DNA of 64,000 nucleotides from Podarcis vaucheri (Eukaryota), in assembly GCA_965113315.1 (NCBI GenBank), contig OZ220364.1; one strand, 5' to 3'. Made by a program: the position numbers and the translations under genes. This document shows, piece by piece, positions 1 to 11,600 of the stretch (its first letter is position 1; each line of letters opens with the position of its first letter). The notes beneath the pieces were generated by a model, which ran no database searches, was not told the origin of the DNA, and was given only the letters and a program-made list of their open reading frames with translations.

Positions 1-25
1 TTGTGGGGAAAAGTATTCTCCTAAA
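1..25 (+). CDS. BAP1: BAP1 coding exon, 3' part only (..CGEKYSPK)
   Basis: TGT GGG GAA AAG TAT TCT CCT AAA then gtaag donor; matches the BAP1 GEKYSPK that precedes ELLALLK. Confidence 0.85.
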
Positions 26-127
26 GTAAGCATTTCTACCCCTGCTTCCCTCCCTCCCCAAGACAGCTGATGCTCGTTGGTAGTATGAGTTTAAAATGCT
101 GCGGTTCCTCACAGTTATGCTTCGGAC

Positions 128-264
128 TAGGCACCCCCAACCTGCGGCCCTCCAGATGGTTTGACCTACAATTCCCATGATCCCTAGCTAACAGGACCAG
201 TGGTCAGGGATGATGGGAATTGTAGTCCAAAACATATGGAGGGCCGAAGAATTGGGGATGCCTG
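128..264. mobile_element. hAT-type MITE (~137 bp, hairpin)
   Basis: Termini taggcacccccaa/ttggggatgcctg; internal inverted ctacaattcccat/atgggaattgtag; 8-bp TSD cttcggac/cttcagac. Confidence 0.75.
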
Positions 265-556
265 CTTCAGACAGTCCAAGGTCTATGAGACTGTGTAACA
301 CTAAACCTTGCAGCTTGTTAATTTCCTACATTACTGCTGGTGGTTTTTCCCCCCTTCTTCCTTGCTGCTGTTAGGTAGAACCACTTTCCAACATTGCAGC
401 CTCTCTTAATATGGTTTCTGGACCGAGTACCCCCCCCCTTCCTGGGACTACACACTCTATGAGTTACAAAATGGCCTTGTCTGGCACCAAAGCTATGAGA
501 TGTTCTCTGTGCTTCATGTGAGATTGTTCTAGATGGTGCACTGTTTTTTCTGCTGA

Positions 557-724
<168 letters not shown>

Positions 725-1184
725 TAGCAGGGTGTTTCATCTTGGGGGGTAATCATGAGATGACTTTCCTTCACCATGACCACAGTTTCTGATATGAAAA
801 GAAGTCTCCAGACTAGCAAAATCAGAAGACATCATACCAGGAGACCATTCATGATGCTAAGCTACTGCTTTTTTTTGGCTGGGTTAGTAATATTTGCACA
901 GTGCCTCTTGCCTGAAGCTGGAAATCTCATTATCTATTACTTATTATGCATCTACTAAAAACTGGAGAAAATGGGGTTTTGCCATCGTTCATTTGTGGGC
1001 ACTGGTGTGCCACTGGATATAATTTCCCAAGCTTATTTTGGATAAGATACAGTAGACTTAATTCACTTATATATTGCCAGTCAGCCACATAAAAGTTAAC
1101 ACTGGCAAACATTTTCTCTTGACTGCTTCGACTATAACTGCTAAACTGATAATTCTCTTCCACCTTACTGACTCCTCCCCTTAG

Positions 1185-1257
1185 ATTGATGACCAGAGAA
1201 GAACTCACAATTATGATGAATTCATATGCACCTTTATCTCCATGCTGGCACAAGAAG
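1185..1257 (+). CDS. BAP1: BAP1 exon ([25 protein letters not shown])
   Basis: tag/gtaaga boundaries, 73 nt; NYDEF (NEF-like) motif of BAP1. Confidence 0.97.
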
Positions 1258-1709
1258 GTAAGATGCCTGTTGAGCAGTCCTGGCATCTGGGACTGTTCTT
1301 TTGGTCTTCACTTGCATTTTGGAAACTGCAGCTTTGATTTTAAATCTCCCTTTGAAGGCAGCATCCACAAAAGAGGACCTTTGAAGAGTTTCCATGTTTG
1401 GGCATGCTTTTTTAAATAATTCCTGATCATGAACTTCTGATGCATATAATGCTCCTGACTATCTAACCTGCCCTCTGGTACAGAATTGAAGACTTGTGTA
1501 GTTTACTTTGAAGGACAGTATGTCTTAAATTGCACCTTAAAGATGAATATTGTAATCTTTAGAGGACTGGCTATGGAAGCTTTAGTTCACACAACCTTTA
1601 TGCTACAATAAATCTTTGGTTTAAGGTCCCAAGACTTTTGTTTGGCAAGTAAAGCTATTTCCCTAGAATTTGTGTTTTGAAGTGGCTGAAAAGGAAAGAA
1701 CATTCCTAA

Positions 1710-1895
<186 letters not shown>

Positions 1896-3677
1896 CACCG
1901 GCCTTTGGACAGTACGTTGTGTTCACTGCTTGTCACTTTGGTCATCTGGTGCACATTTCAGGCTCTACCAGCTGGGCAGTGCCCAGGAGATGGGCTTTGC
2001 ACTGAACATCTCTGTTCAAATAATCAGTGTTAGTGTAATGTTACATGCAAATCCACCTGCATTCAAATGGGCTGTAGATGTTCCTCTAATGGTGGTGGAC
2101 TATGTGGGCATTCCAGTGTAACTTTTCTCCAAACCCTAAGGACCAGGACCACTTGAGGGTCCTACTTAACACAGCACTTGAATTTGCTACTCAGTGTCCG
2201 AAATCCATCTGCAGTATATCTTGCAGTAGCCAATGGCATCCTTCAGAAGCTCTGTAGGGAGATTATTGGAAAAGGAGAAACCAAATTCCTGCCACCTTCT
2301 AGAAGGGCATTGCAGCAGGAGTTGGTGTAGTGTTGGGTTCAGTTTTCCCAGCAAAAAAGGAATTGGCAGTGTACTGTTTCTGGCCAGTGCCGATGGCTCT
2401 GTGTTCTCCTGGGAGGCTATTATCTATTTTCTGTATTAAAATGTATATATATATTTTCTGAGCCATATTATCATTGTAGTGGACTACAGGTGGCCATCTA
2501 CCCTTTTTCCAGGAATCTATTATGAGCATTGGAAGGGATGCTTTCCACTTGAAGGTCAGGCTTCTTTGCTCCTCCTTTGCAGAAGGTCTTTCAGTTCAGT
2601 ATCAGTCCTGTTAATGTTTCTCTGGGTGGTTTCTTCAGTTGTTGCAGGAAAAGGGAGAGGAATTTCTGAAATGGGCGGTGGGTGCCCAAAGTAAGGACAC
2701 AGTGTGACTTACAATTTACAGGGGTGTATACCTTGAAGTGTGTGCTGCTTTCTGTTATATTTTTCTGTTTGTTAGCCATGCACAGAAAAAGATCAGAATG
2801 ATCAATCATACAAGATTATTTCCCCCTTCCTGAACTTGGGGGTTGATAAACTGTAGCCTCAGGTGCCCCTTGAAAGTCCCTTGGCTTTTGCTCAGATTAT
2901 GCTGCATAAAACCACCCTTTATGAAGTTAAAACAATGCTGAGACAAACAGTTGAAATGGGTGGATTAGTGTCATGATATGCTAGAAGTAACATAGGTATT
3001 TGTTCTGTTCTCTCTCTGCTCTCTGGAACTGTTAGACCTCCCAAAAAAAATCAGGTGGGTAGGAATCATGACAGTGGTCTCTCTGTGTGATTCCTCCAAG
3101 CATGTGGCAGGTGAAATAAAGGAAGAAGCCCCAGGAAAGCAGCTCCTTCACTGCTGCCAGTGAATGTGAAGTGACCCTTTTTGGGGGTTGTTAACACTTC
3201 TGAGGCACAGACAGGAAGCAGACTGTTGATGAAAGGGCTACTGTTGGATAATTGGTTTTCCTTGTGTGCTTTTATAGTGAGAAGTGAGACAGGGCAAGAA
3301 GTAGTAGTTTTCTCAGCAGTGGGTGGCAGTGATCAGTGAGGGAGGAGTTATGCCGTTAGCGTGGGTGATGATGAAGGCAGAGACAGCTGGATCATCAGTG
3401 CGCAGGTGTACCTGGGATTGTGGACACTGCTCAGCAGCCCTACAGCTGCATATTCAGTCACCCTCTGCTGCTGCTACTTGCCAGCAAGGGTGTACAATCC
3501 CCCCCCCCCCAGTTCTACCTCATTGCCAGTCTTCTGCTGCAGCAACAGGCTTAACAGTAAAAGATTGGCAAGCTGGATAATCAGCATGGCAGCTCTACTG
3601 CCACCACAGCCGACTTGAGACCTTCTTGTCTACTCCTCCTTATGTACATTGATTTACTCTTGTGTCATGTGAAAATC

Positions 3678-3890
3678 CAGTACAAACCTCAGTTCGTTTT
3701 TGAACAACTTGGCTCCTGAACGCCAAAAACCCGGAAGTAAATGCTCCAGAAGCTGAATGTCCCAACGCAGCTTCTGCTTGAGTGCCAGAAGCTCCTGCAA
3801 TCAATCGGAAGCCGTGCCTCGGTTGTTGAATATTTCAGAAGCTGAACAGGCTTCCGGAATGGATTACTTTCGACAACCGAGGTTTGACTG
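3678..3890. mobile_element. Tc1/mariner (Tigger-like) MITE in the probable BAP1 3'UTR
   Basis: Imperfect TIRs cagtacaaacctcagtt / aaccgaggtttgactg followed by TA. Confidence 0.65.
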
Positions 3891-4290
3891 TACATGGTAA
3901 ATGCAGCAGCATTCGTATTGAGGAGAGAGACCAGGACCCACCTGCAAGTTTGCTGTAGGTTATGCTTGCTGGTAGTCATAGGCTATCATAGGATTTCTGG
4001 AAGGATTTCTCTTTTGCTGAAACTCATTCCATGAACATGTATAGTTGAGTCTACTTTTGTACTACCAGAAATGATTAGTGGAAAGCAAAGGAAGACCACA
4101 AGCTGAGGAGTGAAAGGACACCCAGTGATTCCTGAGACGGTAGTGCAGCTGACAGCAGAACTGCATTTGCTTTCTCTGAAAATATGTACAGATGCTGACT
4201 GTAGAATTATTATTTTTTATATGTTGACAGAATCAACTGTCTTTTGTTTTGTCAGTTTCAAGTGCTGTAAATACCAGTTCTGGGTCAGAA

Positions 4291-4296
4291 AATAAA
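4291..4296 (+). terminator. Candidate BAP1 polyadenylation signal AATAAA
   Basis: Last AATAAA on + before the DNAH1 3' end; preceded by TGTA and U-rich sequence. Confidence 0.5.
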
Positions 4297-4485
4297 ATGT
4301 ATACCCATCTGAAGGTTTCTCTGATCAGACCTTAAAACTTAAATTTTGTCTCTATACTTGCAAAAACAGAAATGCTTTTGTCACTATACATCTTAGCAAC
4401 TGCACCCTTGTGTCCTCTTTGTCTACAGGATGAGGGAAATCCCAGTTAGGAGTGCCACAGCTGTCTGCGAAACCAAAGTTGATAT

Positions 4486-4491
4486 TTTATT
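4486..4491 (-). terminator. Candidate DNAH1 polyadenylation signal AATAAA
   Basis: tttatt on + about 170 nt downstream of the DNAH1 stop. Confidence 0.55.
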
Positions 4492-4658
4492 AATGTTATA
4501 GGATTAAATTAATGAAATGATAGCATTATCACAATCTTATGATCAGCTCTGTTTCAGCAGAGGAGGCTTCATCGAACAAGTCTAGTTGCATAGAGCACCT
4601 GCATAACTTCATTCTCCTCTAAGCTTCAGGAAGCTGCTCAAGTCTATTCCTTCAGTGT

Positions 4659-4780
4659 TTAGAAATCTAAGGCACAGATCAAGGCAACACCCCGTTTAAT
4701 CCAGTGCCTCTGAGGTTTACTGCTTGGAATCTCTACAGCAATCACATAGTTAGTAGAATGGCCCGTTGTGGACAGTGTCC
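4659..4780 (-). CDS. DNAH1: DNAH1 last exon ([19 protein letters not shown])
   Basis: ag acceptor; TAA at 4659-4661. Confidence 0.95.
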
Positions 4781-5662
4781 CTAGCAAAGAAAATGAACAG
4801 TGTTAGACTGTAGTATACTGAAGAAGATAATATCTTTGTACCACTTACAGGCTGATGATCCTACGGCTGAAATGACATTTGCTACAGGAGTTTTTTTGTC
4901 TTTCAAACTGGCATGATTTCTGCAAAAGAAATCTCTGGAGACGGAAAAGTAGCTGAAAAAAATTATCATGGCTGGAGGGCAGAGCACTTTCTTCCTTGTT
5001 TTTCTGCTTCCCCTTCCCTAGCAAAGGTTTATGCAAACACCATGTAACAAGGGATTGTTTGTAATCCCCAGATTGTTTGAGAGATGGGGGAAGCTTTTTA
5101 TCTTGCTAAAAGTAGTCAAAGATGCAAAGGGACATATCTAAAATTCTAACCTGATTTTCAGCATGAGAAAGCACCTGTCTCCCCTGTTGATAGATTACTG
5201 TAGCCTTTCTTAGTATGTTGCTGAACTACAACTCCCATCATCCCTGACTACTACTAAGCTAGGGATGATAGTAGTTGTAGTCCTACACCATCTGCGGACC
5301 TAAAGTTGAGAAAGGCTAGATTCATGAGAAGAATTTCTAATACTGTTCCTTTCCAAGTTTTGGCATCCTTCACCCAACCTTCCCCTGAAAGGCTTACCTG
5401 CACGAGTTAATGTCTTGTAGATGGGACACAGATAGATGCCTTTGGCTGGAGGCTTGCGGTTAGGCACAGGAACTAGCCACAGGACTGCCATTTCTGTGTA
5501 CAACTCCTTTGGCCGTGACTCTGCAAGCTGAAAGAACATGGGGTCCCAGCGAGCCCCTTCCAGAAACAAGCCATGGATGTAACACCCTTCAGTAGGTCGC
5601 TGAGTTAGTGCCTGCACAGGCTGACTCATCACCTAAATTGAGAGGGTGGGAAAGCAAGTTTT

Positions 5663-5695
<33 letters not shown>

Positions 5696-8600
5696 GGTGA
5701 AAGAAATGTGCCAGTTTGAAACCACAGAAAAAGAAGCCTGCCTGTGGGATTATATCAAAGGAGTTTGTCTGTATCTGAGCAGAATGATTGTGTCTAGTTG
5801 GGGATACCTGTAGCACCACTCACAGAACATAAACTACCACATTTTAAAAAGTAGGGGTGTTCTGTGGTAATTGAGAACCACTGCTGTAGTGGCTTAAATG
5901 TAATGGGGGACTAGGAACTACAAGTACCTTTCACTTGCAAAGCTGACACTTGGGTTTTCAGTAGGTAAAAGGGTGAAAAACATCACTTGCTGAGCTTTTG
6001 ATACAACATGATCCACTGACCTTGAAGTCAAAAGAGATGGTGTCTATGGATATGATAGACTTTCTGGCAAAGTTCTGCAGTGTCCCTGTTAGAAAAGCCT
6101 GTGGGAAGAAGAAGCCGCTTATCCAGAACACAGGTGGGATCCCTTTTTCAATCCACCTCTGCAAGAAGTCAATGCGCAGCAGCAGGTCGTTCACCCAGGA
6201 GGCCAAGGGCTTCAAGGAGGGATAGGCCTGTGGGAAGAATGGCATTGGAAGAAAGAGCTGTTAAGCAGCTGTAAGTCCCAGTCCTTTGAACTGCTATGAG
6301 GCAAACATTTTAAATGCAAATTAAAATTAACTCTACTTGGTCAGCCAGTAATCTATGGTGCTAAATTTCTACAATGTAAGCAAGAAAAAGTGTTTTTTAA
6401 GGTTTGGCTTCATCTGTACATCTGTGAAGTTTCAGTCTGGCTTGACGTTCCTTATGAAAAACTGACCAGTCATAGCAGCTTAGTAGTACAGAGGGGTTTC
6501 TCCCATTTTGCAAAACAACCTGCTGCACTGCTGCAACTACCAAAAACTGTGCATAGCACTCAGAAGTACCTTACTATTCCACATCTCCGGGACCATATTG
6601 TTGTATAAACTGATGGACATCAGTTCCAGCTGGGATGACATCACCACTAGGCCTTTGAGAGCTTTCAGCAGATCTTTTAAACTCGCTGCAATGACTGCCA
6701 GCAGACGATTGTATCTGTGCAAAATCAAGGCAGGTATTCTTGTTTTAAAAAAAAGGCAAACTAATCCAATGCTGTGATTTTAATAACTTCTGTGAGCATA
6801 TATGACTGCACTATTGTGTAAACTTGGGGATATCATGTTTAAGTTATATGCTGGTTTTCAACAAAATTCTCAACATTATATCATATGCAGCTCTGTAAAG
6901 GCTGTTTAAATTCATTTCCAGCGTAACTAGATATTAATATGTCTGAAATATGAATTCTGGGATGGGGAGGAGGGTATTTGTTTCTTTCCACATTTCAATG
7001 TCAGAAAAGTTATAAATAGTTCAGTTTTCATAACCTTAAGCTGAAACACAAATTTATGTGCTGTGAGGGTAATGTAAATGGGGTTTGTCCTCAAATGCCC
7101 AAATAGGTGGAGAAAGGCAGATCCTGCCTCATTTACCTGCCTGCAGATCTATTGTACCCACTTGCTCTCCCTAGCAGTTGCTCCTCTACTAGTTTCAGTT
7201 TACTAAACTGTAAACTCTGAGAGGCTCCTGCAGAGGAGTCCTGCAAAGAGCTGGGTTAAAGTAAGACTTATACCTGATCACTTCCTGTGCCAAAACCGTG
7301 TTCATGGACTCCTCATACAATACAGGATATCTCAGCATCACTCTCTGCAAGTCAATGGGCTGAGGCACTTTCTCCAATATATCTTTTGAAGTCTCCTCCA
7401 CAATCTAGAAAATGTATGGAAAAGACGTGGAAGGAACAGTTTGTGGGTGGAGACCTTCAGAGCAGCTTATTTAAACTGGGTGAGAGAAGACTCGTGTCTA
7501 AGATGAAAATTAAATTGTTTCTACTCTGTAATTTGTTTCTGCTCTCACATTACATATGCAATTTATACTGCAGCCAGGCTGTAAGGTCACCTAACCTTTA
7601 AGGTGGGTGCCTTTGCTCCCTTGAGATGTCTACTGTAAGACAGAAAGAGATCTTCACACAGCAAAGTAGTTCTGTAATGAGGACAATGCTATTCATTTAA
7701 AAAATAATAATATTCTGACTCTTCGCAGTTCAAATTCTGTACAAAAAAGTGCTGAATTCTGTGATCTGTAGAAATTATGCACATTAAGTGCTGCTGATTA
7801 TTCTTTTATTTGCATAACATTCTGCATGATTTTTAGTCATGGCCAAGAGCTCTCGTTGCCTCCTAGAACTCTTATTCTGCTTCCTTTCTGAGACTTCAGG
7901 AGACATTGCCCAAACACTTTTCAGGTTATCTACTCAGCCCTAAGGGCAAGAAATGTTTTTGTTTTAAAATGGAAGATTCTCAGGGAGCTGAACTGGGCCC
8001 ACTGTGGCATTCTGAGCCATTTCTGTTCTGCCTCTTGGTATACAGGCAGCTTTTTCTATTAAAGAGTATTTCTGGGTGGGGGTATGCACTAGGTTCATAT
8101 TCCTTTAGGGTAGCAGGCTTACAGACCTCTTCCCTGCTCCGCCCTCCTGCTGTTGATGTCTTTGGCTGAAGTTGAATAATGGCCCCAAGGAGTGCAAAAG
8201 TCTCATTCTGAGCAAAGGTGATGTTAGCATTGTCATGCAATCCAAATATCTCAGGCATGTCATTGAGGGGAAGGCTCTTGATGTACTGGATGTATCCCTA
8301 TGGGGGGAAATCAACACGCAGAACAATGAGGAGGAATTTCTTTAAGAAAGACCAAAAGTAAACTACTGAAAGAAAGGGAGAAACGGTTCCAACAGTTATA
8401 AAAGAACACATTCTAATAAGATTGTTCACCTACCAAGTTGTGCTTATGAATTATTATGTGTTTGCCTGGTTAACCTGTCACTCAGGGTTTCAACCAAAAT
8501 TTGTATTTTGGAAGAAGTGTTACAATCCCTGTGACAGCATCATGCATTTTGTTTCAGGAACAGACTCATCTGTGAGAGATCTTCCCAAATCTGATACAGA

Positions 8601-11600
8601 CTCTTAGAAAAGTGGTTCACTTTTGAATCAACCAGGCACATACAGAACAACACACTCAGACTAGTATGGGTTTAATTCTTTCTATAGTGCAGTGTGTTTG
8701 CCTACTAGTTTATGCAACTTACATTAAGGTCATAAGTGGTACTAATCTGTTTGTAGACACCAGATTCTGAGTAAGAAAACTCTGGATTGAGAACATCTGG
8801 GTTGTAGAAATCTTCCAAAATATTCATGATGCAGCGCCTGTCCCAGTCATCCGTCACCCGGCCTCCATAGTTAATCTCACCTGCTGTGTACTTCAAAACC
8901 TACAAAAGGACAAGGACATAGAAATGGCAGAGGAGGCTGTGGCTTGGGTACAAGAGGAGAGCAATTTGGGGCACTTTGCCAGCCCTCTTTTTTCCATGCC
9001 AGAAGCCACCTTGAAGAACTGAAACACTCTCCAGGGAAAGAGCACCCATGCAAGAGATCACCTGGTTGTGCATGAGTGCAAGTGCCTTCTGTCATGCACA
9101 GGGATCCAAGTCTCCACCATCTACTTACACACGTCAAGAACTTTTTTCTCTGGCTGGTTCAGCTACAGCATTAAAACAAACACAAGCTTGGATTGGCTTC
9201 CCTCAACTACTCCAAACACATGGTTCCAGTTACAGATAGGTAGCCGTGTTGGTCTGCCATAGTCAAAATAAAAAAATTCCTTCCAGTAGCACCTTAAAGA
9301 CCAACTAAGTTAGTTCTTGGTATGAGCTTTCGTGTGCATGCACACTTCTTCAGATACTGGTATCTGAAGAAGTGTGCATGCACACGAAACCTCATACCAA
9401 GAACTAACTTAGTTGGTCTTTAAGGTGCTACTGGAAGGAATTTTTTTATCCAAACACATGGTATCTGATGTTTTAATTTCTTGGAAGCTGCCCAAAGTGG
9501 CTGGGGCAACCCAGTCAGATGGGTGACATATAAATAATACATCATCATCATCGTTGTTGTTGTTGTTGTTATTAATATTAGACAGGGAAATAAGGGCACA
9601 CCATGCTGAATGCAAGAAATGGATTTACAGTTAACAAGCATGGTAGCAATGGATAAGAGGGTGCAGAAGGTTTGACAGTGGCTGGGAAGACACGGCTAGA
9701 TGGGCAAGATTTAAGTAATATTGTTGTTGTTGACAAACACTGACTAGTGATGAAGGCTGTGCAAAGGCAGATTATTTGGACCAGTCCAAATGAATCCAGT
9801 TTAAATATTTTGAGTAATTTAAACTGTACACAATATTCAGGCCCACTGCTTGGAGACAGATACTCCTGTCGCATCAGAGCATGTGGCAAGAGAGGCCTCA
9901 AGTATATTTTGCTGCAGCTGCTGTGTTGCAGCAAGTTATTCTACTGCTTCTCCAGAGAACTGAGGAGAAATGGTGAATATGTTCCGCCAAACGTGGAACT
10001 TCAGGCTATTTAGCAGTATTTCCAATAAGACTAGAAGCACTATCTGACCTTCTCCCCAAGTATTAGGTCACCTACATAATCCGTCTTCCTGGAAGGATTT
10101 TATTCCTTCACACACATTTTCTCACAGCCCAGATTTCACCCTTGGCATGCACCACTCTCCTCCTACCTTGTAAGGGATGTTTTCATATTCATCCAGAAAC
10201 ATCTTCAGCTGGCTGATGCAGATGCGCAGATCTCCGTCTGTGAACTCATAAGGAATGTTGAACCCCAGTGGCCCAAACTTCCTCCTTTCCAGTGCATTCC
10301 CATGGAAGAGGCAAAGCGAGAGGAGCAAGGATTTGAACTCCGTAAGCTGCAAGATGAAAATAATGAGGACATGCATTGAGAAAAGCTCTTATGGGTCCTA
10401 AGTGTCACAGAATAAGATGCTGCTACAACATTTCCATTAACAGTTGCTTCTAATGAGCAAGAAAGGCATGCCCCCCCCCCCAAATCTGGCTGTACACCAC
10501 TGTAGCGTGGTACCCTTTGTGCAAAGAGGCACAGTAGCAGTGGAGAGGAACAGGGACTGATTCAGAAGCTAATGTAACCAATCCCTTGGCAGGAGAAAGC
10601 TAGGAATGAGAAAGTGCTGTCTGAAAACTTGGAAAATGGGACCTCTTACCTTGGTACAGGAGTTCAGAAAGTCATTGTTCAGGCTTAAGTAAGATTTCAG
10701 CAGATTAGCCTTTACTCCCCGTGGTGGCTCAATGGTCATCTTAGATCCGTTCTGGAGGATGGACACTGGAAACTTGTTACTAGGCAGACTGGTGAGCCAA
10801 AGTCTGAAGTCCCGGTGCACCTAGGCAATTGAAATATGAGCCATGTATAATCTGAAACAGTTCCGTTCTACTTTTTAGAAACACCTACGGAAGAGTCTTT
10901 TCTCACTCCCATTAGAGAAGTGTTCCTCCATCACAAAGAGACCAGCAAATATATTTCTCATAGGAGGGAACAGTCAACGTTTCTCTTAAGATATCCTGCT
11001 TATTCCTGTGAGCTTTCAAAGACATCCTGCAATAAGAATGTGTAAGGAGAACATCAAGAGAAAGTGACACTTGCACTTTCCTTTACAGAAGCAAAAAAAT
11101 GCTCACTGGAGATTCTATTTCATCTTATTATCTTGCTCCCATATGGAGCCTCATGATTCTGCAACTAATCCCTACCTCCTCCACCCTTTTTGCCCAGCTT
11201 CTTGTTGGCAGCATAAGCATGCTCTGCAAAGAAAGTAGAAAGCTCTAGAAAGATCGTGCCTAACTACTGCTGTCCCATCACTTTAAGAATTTTTCTACAG
11301 CTACCTATAAACATTTACATAAGGATCCAGGGAGAAACTTTATGGCTTCTGCTGAAAATGCACAGGGAAGCAAAAGCTGAGGTCCATCTGTGTGTCACCT
11401 TGTCAGGGTTGATGCCTTCAATGAGTCGTTCCAAAGAAGGCATCCAGCTTGGAGCCAGGTGGCAATTCTGGAAGAAGACCCACTTCCCACGCTCCATAGC
11501 ACTGCGCATCATGGCTTCTGCGCGGGGACCCTAAGAAGCAACACAGAATGACACAGTTAGCCACAGGTCAGTCAGGGTGGCTGTACTATGTCCGCAGGGA

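Larger units (their letters stand above)
1896..4320 (+). other. BAP1: Probable BAP1 3'UTR
   Basis: No coding signal after the stop; candidate polyA signals ATTAAA ~2435, AATAAA 3115 and AATAAA 4291-4296; true end uncertain. Confidence 0.5.
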
